NCBI RefSeq assembly: GCF_006345805.1
Contig: NC_043000.1
Span: 142,290,001-142,354,000, forward strand
DNA length: 64,000 nt
Source of the DNA: Octopus sinensis
Lineage: Eukaryota
Direction of reading: 5' to 3'
Made by a program: the position numbers and the translations under genes. Below, one piece after another: positions 43,711 to 55,599 of this stretch. The number at the start of each line of letters is the position of its first letter. Position 1 is the first letter of the stretch. The notes beneath the pieces were generated by a model. The model saw only the letters and a program-made list of their open reading frames with translations. It was not told the origin of the DNA and did no database searches.

Positions 43711-44032
43711 AATGTGGCATCTCAAGGTGACTACAGTACCAGTGATTGTAGGATCTCTAGGAATAATAAAAAAAGGTACTGAAACCTATTTGAAAATGAT
43801 TCCAGGCTTACCATCCCTACAGGAAGTGCAAAAATCGTATTAACTGGAACGGCTCGTGTACTGAGAGGAGAACTATTGCTGTGAAAATAACATCCATCCA
43901 TGAATTTATTTATTTATTAATTTTTAAATACATATTTTATCTGTGATTTTGCGCGTGCAAACTGGGAATACATACAATGCCCTTCTCTGCCCTAGGTGTA
44001 TGGAAAACACTCGTCGAGAAACGGAAGAAATC
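43711..44032 (+). mobile_element. 3' end of a second R4/Dong-type family
   Basis: MWHLKVTTVPVIVGSLGIIKKG...QEVQK..LTGTARVLR parallels RMWNLRTETIPIIVGALG...QKIALLGTAHILR of the upstream copy; different 3' UTR; ends in (AAT)n. Confidence 0.88.
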
Positions 44033-44121
44033 ATTAATAATAATAATAATTATTATTATTATTATTACAATAATAAATAATAATTATTATTATTATTATC
44101 ATTATTATTATTATTATCATT

Positions 44122-44156
<35 letters not shown>

Positions 44157-44204
44157 CATTATTATTATTATTAGTATTATTATTATATTATTATAGTATT
44201 ATTA

Positions 44205-44281
<77 letters not shown>
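44033..44281. repeat. (AAT)n/(ATT)n microsatellite with polarity switches
   Basis: Direct reading. Confidence 0.95.
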
Positions 44282-44282
<1 letters not shown>

Positions 44283-44722
44283 GGAAGATCAATTCCAGTG
44301 CCACTGGAATGAGACAATCAAATTAGAATTATTAAATTGAATTGCTCTCAATAATTAATTCATATATATCAAAATAGTGTTATAGATAGAAACACCCACA
44401 AATTCAACTCCAAACGATATTAACTCAACCAAGCCATAAAATATTAAATATTATACTTATTATTTATATTCATAACCCAAAATTTTCCATATTATATACT
44501 ACACGTGTTTTATGAGGGTACGTATGGTATTGTTAAGACACAAATACCCATTCAAAAACTCTTTAAGTTTACACATTCCCAATCTTCAGGTCTACTTTCC
44601 CTACATTTATATATATATAACTACTTCGTTGTAAGTATAATATTTAATATTTTATGGCTTGTTTGAGTTAATATCGTTTGGAATTGATGAATGTGTGGAT
44701 GTTTCTATCTCTAACACTATTT

Positions 44723-44781
<59 letters not shown>

Positions 44782-45543
44782 AAAATACCGTTGATGTTGT
44801 TCAAATGTCACTGAAGGTTCAATCGATCTAGGTTAGAATCCGGCCTTCTCTATTGGCAAGAAATATTGAAGTAATGACATACATATATACAAACAGACTT
44901 ACAGAAACACAGAAAAATGATCATCAACATTTTTTCTAACAATTTTAAAATTCTTCATACAGGGTAATTATTTGGTTACAATGACAGACGCGTGTTTCTG
45001 CTGCACAGATCACGTGCAACTGCACATGCAACCCTTCATAGTCTCCTGTGCTACTTCATTCAGATGGGATCTGACATAATTCAACATAGATTAAACCTCC
45101 ACTTTCTGCTCTGCACTAAAGCCAAGTAGAGGCCAGCCTACATATAAATTTTATAACCGTAACAGATTTCAACATATCCCTCATCACCTCCCTAGCCATG
45201 TTTAAATAAACCCAGTTGGTTTCGAACCACGCTTGCTGATTAAAGGTAATTAGAGGGGCGCAGATTATACTGGGCTGCATGTGCAACTTCAGAAAATGTG
45301 TCGGTCAATCTAACCAAATAATTATGCTGTATTGCCAACTGTAAAATATTACGGAAAAATTTTGATGATGCATCTGGTTTCGTATTCTTTATATTTCTTT
45401 GAAATCTAGTCTGCTGATATTATTCATAATCCAGGGAGGCGAACCCGGAGTGACACATCGGAAAAATTACAGCGCGATTGCTAATAATTGGCTATCGTTG
45501 ACGCTTAGTACTGATTAATCCATTATTATACAACACAGCATAA

Positions 45544-45632
<89 letters not shown>

Positions 45633-45709
45633 CACACACATAAACACACACGTATACCTATATTTAGGTAATTATACATATGTGTGTGTATATATATATA
45701 TGGATATGT

Positions 45710-46013
45710 GGAGGCGCAATGGCCTAGTGGTTAGGGCAGCGGAGTCGCGGTCGCAGGATCGCGGTTTCGATTCCAAGACCGGGCCTTGTGTGTGTTTATT
45801 GAGCGAAAACACCTAAAAGCTCCACGAGCTCCGGCAGGGGGTGGTGATCCCTGCTGTACTCTTTCACCACTCTTTCTCCCACTCTTTCTTCTGTTGGCCT
45901 GCTCGCTTAGCCAGCGGGGTGGCGTCATTCGAAGGCTAAAACAATGCGAACGCATTGTGACCAGCGATGTGTAACAACATCTGGTGGTCTGGTCGGTCAC
46001 GTGATCACGTGAT
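45710..46013 (+). mobile_element. SINE family C, tail type 2
   Basis: ggaggcgcaatggcctagtgg (A box), ggtttcgattcc (B box); ends in ggtcacgtgatcacgtgat. Confidence 0.92.
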
Positions 46014-46553
46014 ATATATGTATATATACATGCACACACATCTGTATGTATATTTATATAAATACAGAGATACATATACACATATATCCAATGATATATA
46101 ATATATGCACATACTTATGTAAGTCTTGGGGAAAACTTTAAACTGTATCCGAACTTTACTCTCTGTAGTAGCATCACTCAGGGTCCGCGGTATGAGTGAA
46201 TTACCAAATTAGGGCTAGCCTACCTATGCATGTCAAAACAAGGTAGGGCGGTTCAGTGGAAGTGCATTTCGTGATTTAATGGCGGGAAACTGAATACAGC
46301 AACTTCTTGTGGCGTACACAGAGCAAGAGGAAACATGACATACTGCTCATCCACTACACCCTGTTTTCGTTCCCAGTCGTGTTGGTATCACAATTAGAAT
46401 GAAGATTGCCACAGCTGGGAGAGTGAAGTTGATTGTTCGCAAATGTCCTTCGATATACACGAAATTACCGCGTAAGTTTTCAGTCATCCTTCGGATCACT
46501 AGATGGTTTTTGTCGCTCTAGTGAACGAACATGATGATAATATACATGTAGAA

Positions 46554-46785
46554 GGCGGCGAGCTGCCTGAAACGTTAGCGCGCCGGGCGAAATGCTTAGC
46601 GGTATTTCCTCTGCCGTTACGTTCTGAGTTCAAATTCCGCCGAGGTCGACTTTGCCTTTCATCCATTCGGGGTCGACAAATAAAGTACCAGTTTCACTCT
46701 GGGGTCGACGTAATCGAGATAATCCCTTTGTCTGCACTTGTTTGTCTCCTCTGTGTTTAGCCCCTTGTGGGCAGTAAAGAAATAG
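46554..46785 (+). mobile_element. SINE family B with 14-bp TSD
   Basis: ATATACATGTAGAA at 46540-46553 and 46786-46799. Confidence 0.94.
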
Positions 46786-46866
46786 ATATACATGTAGAAA
46801 GATAGATAAAATATAGATAGATGATAGACAGACAGACGGACAGACAAATAGACACACAGATCGATC

Positions 46867-46906
<40 letters not shown>

Positions 46907-47771
46907 TAAAACATGGATAAAGAGATAGATAGAAAAGATGGAAGATGTATTCCCTTGGTATTTTTACATTTATATCATATAGAGCAGTTCAATAAATTAT
47001 AAACTTTTTAATAGGCAGCAGTTTTATAAATAAGTACTGATATCGATATTATGAACTATACATTCGAAACTAATACCCCAGTATTGATGTAGCCGAATGA
47101 CTGAAATCAGCAATATAATAATGTAATAAAGGAAAATTACATTTCTTTTTTTCAAATTTCGAAACTAATTCTTTGAAAACCTTTAGAATATATAAAAGCA
47201 AAGTTGCACTATAGAAAAACCTACATACAAACAGTACACAACATGTTGCTATTGTTAGTGAATTTACCAAAATACACATACACACAAACACACACACACG
47301 CACACACACACACATACACATACACACAAAGATATATGTGTGTGTGTGTATAGATTGTAATATAAAGTTTAAAACATAACTAGGTTCATTTGCAATTTCT
47401 GATGCTGTAGCTTATATGTTATATATATCTATTCTAGTGTTATAAAAAGTTGTTTATACGAACCTTCTTTTCATGTTAAATAAGAATTACTTATAATACA
47501 GCACAATCAAAAATCTGAGAATTGTTTTTATTCATTTTTACCTTATTTGGAAATATATTTTGTAAGAAATATTTGTACCTCATGTCGATAATATCAATGA
47601 ATGCGCCTGGAATATTTTACCTTTAAAAGAAGAAAATAGATTTGTATTCTTTTACTGAAATTTACGTTACAAAAGTATGTTAATGAAACAATAACATGCT
47701 TTTATAAAAAAATGTATTGGTATTGTCTTTTAACAAAGGAACACGAACATATATAAATCACATTCTCTCTC

Positions 47772-47804
<33 letters not shown>

Positions 47805-47890
47805 GCGTCAATACACACACATACACACCCACACAGATTGGTGTATGTGTACTTGCACAAAAGAGAAAGGTGTAATAGTAAGATAGAAAG

Positions 47891-47923
<33 letters not shown>

Positions 47924-48775
47924 CAGGAACGCTAGAGAAGAATCTTGAAAAATTCACATCATAAACATTATGTGTGTATTTAAAAAAAATAACTGTTGAT
48001 GCTTACATACAATTGAAATTATATAGAACTGAAAGGTGAACAGATATTTACATTTAAACAAATTTGAATTGTGTACAGGAAAACAAAAACAGAAAATTTC
48101 GAAAACTCGAACACACGTTCCCTTGAAGGTGCCACTTTTTGATTATAATTGAGTTGCTTGTTTTCAGCACAGTAATCTTTACGCATGAACATTGTGTTTA
48201 TTCCATAGATTTTATGAGATCATATTAACCGAAGCAGAATACTGTGCTAGTGTTTCAGTTTCGGAAAATTTTGATCGTGAAATCTCTTCACTATGATTTA
48301 AAGTTGAATGTCATAACGCTACTTCAATCAGGCTATCAGTAGGGAATCCAGTCTAAACCTCCCAGCATTAGGTAGCTTAAATAATAAAATTTATTTTTAG
48401 ATGCGTTCATTTGCACTTTTACTTTATTCAGAATGTTTATCATATATGTATGACCTACATCGTTCTTCAATACCCTCCGTTTTACAGTGCAGTTCAACAT
48501 ACATCATTGATAACGTTCAACTTCAATTCAGTACCAAATTCAATGCCCATATAATGTAAACACAATATAACGTTCTGACATAAAATTAAGTGTATGCAGC
48601 TTTGTGGTCTCACCGGGCTTGCAATAGTTAATGACTATCACCGTATTAAAATATTCCTCACGGTGAAAGAAACCTTTAAATTTTGCCTACAGGTCTTTTT
48701 GAACATATGAATGTGTGTTATATTTATATGTGTGTGCGTTTATATACATACATACACACACACACATAAATGTGC

Positions 48776-48809
<34 letters not shown>

Positions 48810-48957
48810 TTATAAATGCATATATATATATACATATGCATATATACACTGTATATATATGCATGTGTGAGTGTATATATATATATACATACGTTCATAC
48901 ATACATATAAATATGTGTACATATTCATATATATATATATATATATATACACAAACA

Positions 48958-49499
48958 TGAGCGCCATACTAATACAATTGTTCGTTTGTTTTCCACCTGC
49001 CTTCGTCTTTTGTTTATTTTCATAAAGCTTCCCGTTATATATTATGCGCTCACGTGGTCTCACTTTCATCCTATATTCTACCAATACCACTATCAACACT
49101 TACCTCTACCTTGGATTTTCTTTACCTCTTGGATACTTACCATTGGCTGCACCTCTCTTTCGCGGATCAAAGTGACTTTGCATTGATGTGAAATCCTTAA
49201 AAAATATACCACGACGTCTACACATTTCTCACCTTGAACTTTCAACCTTGAACTTGTTCGCATAAACTGTCCCGTTTGTTGTATTTTTATTTTCTCTTAT
49301 ATTACTGCACGCATTTTTTTTCTCTCCTTCTTTCTGTGTTTTTCTCTCTCTGTGTATCTTTCTGTTGAAGAGCGTAGGCTCGAAACGTTAAAGACTTGTT
49401 TTATTTATATTTCCTGAGCGCCATACTAATACAATTGTTCGTTTGTTTTCCACCTGCCTTCGTCTTTTGTTTATTTTCATAAAGCTTCCCGTTATATAT
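48958..49499 (+). mobile_element. HHR-2 family element: 457-nt unit with identical 85-nt terminal direct repeats
   Basis: 48958-49042 identical to 49415-49499; hammerhead-like motif 49357-49394; (TA)n flanks; no meaningful ORF. Confidence 0.88.
49357..49394 (+). ncRNA. Minimal type I hammerhead-like motif (variant core)
   Basis: Stem I tcttt/aaaga; core ctgttga (A6 replaced by U) plus an extra A; stem II gagc-gtag-gctc; GAAA; palindromic stem III ACGT; cleavage triplet GUU. Confidence 0.6.
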
Positions 49500-49508
49500 A
49501 TATATATG

Positions 49509-49608
<100 letters not shown>

Positions 49609-50397
49609 ATATATATATATATATATATGTACGTGTATATATAAAAGGTGACGAATTTTTAACAAACTAATGTGGCAGTCCCATTTGGGGGCGAATGCTA
49701 CTGTTGTTTATCCCCTGGAGACATCGTCTCCAGCTGGCTATACGACACACGAACTATGTCCTTATATTTTCGAACAGAGAAGGCTAGAACCCCCACCCAG
49801 CACAACGCAGGTAATACATATAAATACTATATAAATTAGAGATGTGGGTGGGTGTAATTCTATATGTGTATAAATATATATTTATGCACGTATAAAATCT
49901 ATGTGAGTACGTGTGTATATGTATCTATATGGTCTTACAGAACTTGCCCAACCTCGTAAACCCCCACGTAACTTTGGGAAAATTTGAAGGAATGATTGAA
50001 ACCCCTATGATCGGTGTTAAGAAGTTCTTAGTTTGCCCTTAGTTGTTGGCATCGAAGGGTGTGAGCTCTCTTACCACGACAAGGTCACGCCAGCAAGAGA
50101 GAGGGACTTGGGTTTCGGAGGGTTTCGGATGCCAGATGATAACGAACATGAGGATGAGTTTTGATTACGGGAGAGGGGGTAATAATGAGCGCATTAATGT
50201 TGCGGGGAAGGAAAGGGCTGGACATAAAGGTATTGGGTGTGGGCGGGGGGAGAAAGAAAACGATTCGAATGAACAGGGGAGGGGTGTGGTAGAGAGGAGT
50301 AAACGGGTGAGTCAGGTTAGTGAGTTGGTTGATGAAGGTAATTATATGCTGGTATTGGGACCTCCTCGCACGCTAGTATTCTAACCCCTTTCATCAG

Positions 50398-50628
50398 GGC
50401 GGCGAGCTGGCAGAAACGTTAGCACGCCGGGCGAAATGCTTAGCCGTATTTCGTCTGTCGTTAATTTCCGAGTTCAAATTCCGCCGTGGTCGTCTTTGCC
50501 TTTCATCCTTTCGGGGTCGATAAATTAAGTACCAGTTACGCACTGGGGTCGATATAATCGACTTAATCCCTTTGTCTGCCCTTGTTTGTCCACTTTGTGT
50601 TTATCCCCTTGTGGATAGTAAATAAATA
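50398..50628 (+). mobile_element. SINE family B with 16-bp TSD
   Basis: TATTCTAACCCCTTTC at 50377-50392 and 50629-50644. Confidence 0.94.
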
Positions 50629-51079
50629 TATTCTAACCCCTTTCGCCAGAATCAAACTTTTGCTGATTTCACCTCATTTACAAGACCCAAACCATCCACA
50701 CCCATGCATTTGACATCATTCACCTTTCTCTGTCTCTTTCTCTATCTCTGTATCTTTCTCTCTCTCTTTCTCTATCTCTGTATCTTTCTCTCTCTCTTTC
50801 TCCAACTCTTTCTCTCTCTCTCCTTCTCAACGTCGACTAGGGTGATAGTAAGGATGAGGGTTGAGGAAATGGAAATAATGAGGAAGTGAGCAAGTGATGT
50901 GAATTAAGATTCTTTTTCTTTAAATGAAATGAAGGTTGTAATAAAACATTTATCCTTTGAAATAGATTTTTAAAAATTTATTTTTATTTATTTATTTTTA
51001 TTTATTTTATTTTTTTTATTTTTAGAGACAAATAAAATTATATATACACTTTATTTTTAATATATGTATGTATATATAT

Positions 51080-51128
51080 ATTCCTGGCTTTCACCCAGGC
51101 GGCCCAAGTTCGATTCCCGGCATGGGAA
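51080..51128 (+). tRNA. 5'-truncated tRNA-Glu(TTC) pseudogene
   Basis: Anticodon stem cctgg/ccagg, loop ctttcac (TTC at 51090-51092), T arm gttcgattc, acceptor 3' strand atggga plus discriminator A; closely matches metazoan tRNA-Glu-TTC; D arm and 5' strand absent. Confidence 0.85.
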
Positions 51129-51140
51129 CGTCTTTCTTAT

Positions 51141-51428
51141 AGGCGCAGGAGTGGTTGTGTGGTAAGTAGCTTGCTAACCAACCACATGGTTCCGGGTTCA
51201 GTCCCACTGCGTGGCATCTTGGGCAAGTGTCTTCTGCTATAGCCCCGGGCCGACCAATGACTTGTGAGTGGATTTGGTAGACGTCACCTAGCGGTTCGGC
51301 AAAAGAGACCGATAGAATAAGTACTGGGCTTACAAAGAATAAGTCCCGGGGTCGATTTGCTCGATTAAAGGCGGTGCTCCAGCACGGCCGCTGTCAAATG
51401 ACTGAAACAAGTAAAAGAGTAAAAGAGT
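51141..51428 (+). mobile_element. SINE family A with internal deletion
   Basis: Head and tail well preserved; microsatellite-bearing middle missing at junction ACG 51281-51283. Confidence 0.93.
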
Positions 51429-51541
51429 ATATACTCTGAAAATAATAGGGGTAGAAAATTTAGAAAAAATTTCATACCGGTGGCTAGCATGCGTAATAAA
51501 GTCGATAGACATCATATTTTCATATATAATAGTGTACAAAG

Positions 51542-51960
51542 AATTAAGTATCTATACACGAAGGAGGTGATCTTTGACAGGACCACCTTACATGATAAAA
51601 AAAGCAGTCAAAGCCCAAAGCACCAATAACAGCAGTTTCAAAGTGAATGAAAATAAAAAGAGTATATTAATTGTTAACCCCAAACACGAGATTCTGTGTA
51701 AAGGAGCAAATAAATTAATTTATGATGAAGTACAGATGACAAATTAATTTATTCGCTCATTAATAAAGTAACTCGAGTTTTGGTTAACTATAATTTTTTT
51801 TTTCATCCTCTTTGAAATTGCTGTTATTCGTGCATTGGGTTTTGACTGCCCAAAGTATTTATACACGAAAGAGTTGACCTTTGACAGGACGCCTAACAGG
51901 ATAAAAATCATATTAGGTGTCCTGTCAAAGGTCACCTCTTTCGTGTATAAATACTTAATT
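51542..51960. mobile_element. Foldback/MITE-like palindromic element
   Basis: Terminal IRs aattaagtat.tatacacgaa..; inner arms about 51602-51731 and 51751-51850; extra 44-bp hairpin 51853-51896 / 51913-51956 with 2 mismatches. Confidence 0.8.
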
Positions 51961-52277
51961 GTCTGGACACTATTACATATATATAAAAGAGAGTGGGGTG
52001 TTAGGAGACACCTACTTGGCTAGAAATAAGAGCTAAACTGCTCTAATGCTGTAGTTAACGTACGTGAATGAAAAGATATTCACGAACAGAGACAATAATC
52101 GTCCGAAGAGTGCCGATCTAGAATTCTCAATATTGACGTTAGTTTCGGCATTATCCGTTGCCTCAACAATTAAGACAGCTCGATTTTTCGGCTCTTTACA
52201 GACTCGCATCAGCATTAGTATTTATGTTTTCGTCTTCCAAATTATTGGATGATGTAGCGACTCACTAAAGTATATAT

Positions 52278-52321
<44 letters not shown>

Positions 52322-52337
52322 ATATATTATATATATA

Positions 52338-52405
<68 letters not shown>

Positions 52406-52410
52406 TTAAG

Positions 52411-52652
52411 TAGGTGAATGAAGTATCCTAGCATGGAAAATTCGTTAACCGATATCACTGTGGTCACCATGTAGGCAGTCATCAAAAACTTTTGTTCGTC
52501 TTGTGGCTGAAAGAGGCTCCTTATCTTTGCTGATGAGAAGATGGCATAATACACCCTTTATTCCTTCGGAATTAAAAGTATGCCGTCTTCGAAACATGTG
52601 TCGAGGGTAAAGGAATTTTGTTAAAATATTCGTTCGACTCCATTCTTTCATT

Positions 52653-52655
<3 letters not shown>
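52411..52655 (+). mobile_element. HHR-1 family element in (TA)n
   Basis: About 245 bp bounded by (TA)n on both sides; homologous to 62097-62280; contains a hammerhead. Confidence 0.85.
52518..52614 (+). ncRNA. Type I hammerhead ribozyme
   Basis: CTGATGA 52530-52536; 12-bp stem II gaagatggcata/tatgccgtcttc; GAAA 52591-52594; stem III acatgtgt; GUC 52600-52602; stem I ..ccttatctttg/gagggtaaagg with a G-G mismatch at the first pair. Confidence 0.82.
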
Positions 52656-52712
<57 letters not shown>

Positions 52713-53269
52713 TATAAGCATCAGTTTGTAATATGTCACGAAAAAGTTGACTTATAATTGTGACAAATGTGACAATTAGCGAATCGCTAAATTATGCAAT
52801 AACTTGAATAACAGAAACATGAATCCAAATGTCGAAACGAGTCCAGGCAGAGCCGAACAATCGAGCTTTTACTTGTGAAGCAATGGAAATGCCAAAATTG
52901 GCGTCAGTAATGAGAATTCTCGATTGACAATTTTCGCACGATTAAGTTCCCTGTTATTGTATATGTTTTCACTAATGTGCGTTAACTACACCATTAAAAA
53001 AGTGATTTAGCTCTTATTTCTAGCAATGTTGGTGTCTCCTAACACCCTAGTCACATTTAGTCACAATTATAATACTCGTATATTGCTTTCTTGAGCAGAC
53101 TTTGCCCAAGACTCAGGCGACAAGGTGTTTGCGAGTGAGTATGAGCAAACTAGCTTGAAACGGAATCGGTCTGGTGATCCTGTCATCTGCTCGAGGATAG
53201 TCGTGGTTCTTTCCCCTGCTGGCAATATATATTACAGGGTGCAGTGCTGCACCGATATGCCGTTGGCGG

Positions 53270-53335
53270 AAGATCTACTTGGGATAAAACTAGAAGTAAC
53301 ATGGAATAGCCACATTGATGTGGTGATTAACTTTA
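53270..53335 (+). mobile_element. Possible small CR1/L2-type RT C-terminal remnant
   Basis: DLLGIKLEVTWNSHIDVV resembles kdLGv..d..LsW..HI. Confidence 0.3.
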
Positions 53336-53374
53336 CTTGTTAGTATAGTTACTACACTCATCATCTACTATTGC

Positions 53375-53376
53375 TG

Positions 53377-53407
<31 letters not shown>

Positions 53408-53452
53408 AACCACCACTACTACTACTACTGCTGCTACCACTACTATTACTAT

Positions 53453-53500
<48 letters not shown>

Positions 53501-53507
53501 AACAACA

Positions 53508-53560
<53 letters not shown>
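53375..53560. repeat. (CTA)n microsatellite
   Basis: Direct reading. Confidence 0.95.
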
Positions 53561-54186
53561 ACCCACATATGTATGTATGTATGTATGGACTGATATATGT
53601 GTGTGTGTGTGTGCTATCACAAAATCACGCTTTCCATCGAGGATATAAAAGCATTCCCTTCACTTGAACATGACATAATTCCATAGTATAATTGTTCAAA
53701 GTTTACCGTAGACAGAAATGTAGAGACGCAGTGATTTTGCGATTAAATGCTTGACTAAATATTTATTAACATATCGATTTATACTTTAATCATTCTATAT
53801 TCCGTGGAAATTAAATTAGAGTAATATAGTTTAGAAATTCAATCGACATCATTTTCCTAATAAGCAAAATATTTACAAAAGAATCGTTCCTTTCCCACTT
53901 CTTTTCCTTATGTTTATCATCTAGATTTTCATTCCTTTTCCTTTTAGTCTCCTTTTTCTAATAAACTATGTTATGATTAACCTTTTGTTTTGATTATGTT
54001 AAGGGAGTATGTCATCTGAATTTAGATTTTACGATACTATCTTACACAAAACATATATCTTGAGCGTGTACTTTTTCTCTGTGAGATAGATACATATTTT
54101 TAGGTATGCTATTAGGATGCTGGCTATTGATTCCCTACGCTTCCAGTTATAGGACGTTTAAAATCATTAATATTTTATCCTTGATC

Positions 54187-54360
54187 AGGGCTCATGGAGT
54201 TGTGATCAGGGTGTTGTATTCACGATCATGAGTTCGTGTAATCAGTTTTTTGACCTGATAGAGCATTGTGTTGTAGAGCAAAAAATCCCATCTTGCATTG
54301 TTCTGTAATCACTTTGATAGCTGGCGTGTGGTACACAGTGCACCCACTCAATCGACGAAG
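54187..54360 (+). mobile_element. Old tRNA-derived SINE remnant
   Basis: tRNA-like head (ttcacgatcatgagttcgtg) and gtgttgtagagcaa..catcttgcattg block loosely similar to family D. Confidence 0.45.
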
Positions 54361-55139
54361 GTGTGATAGAGTAAAAGTACAGCTCAAATATTTGATCACT
54401 ATAACTGCATCACTTGTGCAGGTTGTTTACCAAGAAATTGTAAAGTTGTCTTTGTCAGACTACGAGAAACTACCGCGATCATTATATTAGGTCTTTAAAT
54501 AGGAACTTTGCAAGACTCGGTTATATACTTCATTGAATGTAACGGCAATTATATCCGGAATATTTTTTCTTCTTTCAAAGGTATAATTCCGTATTCTCTT
54601 TCCCGTTGTTAAAATGTTTCGCCGTATGTTTTCCTGGAGCTACAATCTCAAGAGAACAAAGTAGGGGATTCGCACAAATATTTATTCATGCAAAGATCTA
54701 TCTACTGAAATCTCCTTCACAAAATTTATCCCTCCTATTTATTAATGTATGTTCAATGTGCGAATTTTACTCCTGTTAATGATCTCCAAATATTTACAAC
54801 TGTTAAGGTTAAATTAAAAGTTATGGGTCTAAAACGATTATTAATTGCAGATTTGCGTCTGTTACTGAACATAAACATTTATGCCATGGCAGTAGCTTTA
54901 ATTAAAAGTTATGACTAGTTCGATAAAATGTATATCGAATTTCAATCAACGACAATAATTGTATTATCGTTCATGTATAAGAATAATATACTTGTACTCT
55001 ACAAAATATAGAGTAGCCCATCAAATTCACATAAAACTGTTTTTATTATAACTGAAAAACAAATATTAACACGCACACATACAAACGAACAATATGCATA
55101 CATACATATCTATATCGCTAAATCCACAACTTTTTTTTT

Positions 55140-55305
55140 ATTCACCCTCTCTGTTTATTTTCTCTTATTCCTTTATGCTCAAGAGCTTAAGCTCGAAATG
55201 CAACATACTTTCTTATGTTCCCGAGGGTCAAACTGATACACCTGCTTGTTGGTGTTGGTCATACGCCTCTCTTCCTGTTTTGTTTGTCAGTAAACATCAA
55301 CTACA
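55140..55305 (+). mobile_element. Degenerate HHR-2 family copy
   Basis: gagc-ttaa-gctc-gaaa at 55183-55198, then ttcccgagg and ctgatacacctg; ends at a TA tract. Confidence 0.65.
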
Positions 55306-55599
55306 TATATATGTATTTATATATATGTGTGGAGGGTGTATATGTATATATAAATACACACACACACACACACAGATATATATGTACACACACATGTAGT
55401 TTGATCAATACGTATCCGAACTGTTACTATATTACGCAGAGTCCGCTTGGCACAAATTCACCTTGCACTCTGCTGTGCATGCGCACTAAGTTTAAATATT
55501 CTAGCTTACTTCTGCTTTACGGCACTGTTTTGAATTAACTTGTTTAACGTGTGATTGTTGCATTGAACAGAGAATCTGCATCACATTTCGTCAAAAGCT

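Larger units (their letters stand above)
51996..53047. mobile_element. Foldback element with about 270-bp inverted arms
   Basis: 51996-52268 aligns by eye with the reverse complement of 52776-53047 (gggtgttaggagacacc..gctagaaataagagctaaa..tagttaacg..agaattctca..agctcgatt..cggctct..). Confidence 0.82.

Noticed and set aside
50043-50384. 113-aa ORF in a purine-rich block
   Set aside because: No domain motif; possibly old TE debris that I could not classify.
52445-52651. Minus-strand ORF (and its homologue 62052-62264) as a Penelope protein fragment
   Set aside because: No RT or GIY-YIG motif. It is antisense to the hammerhead, and the two copies are open in different frames at their starts, so it is not a conserved ORF.
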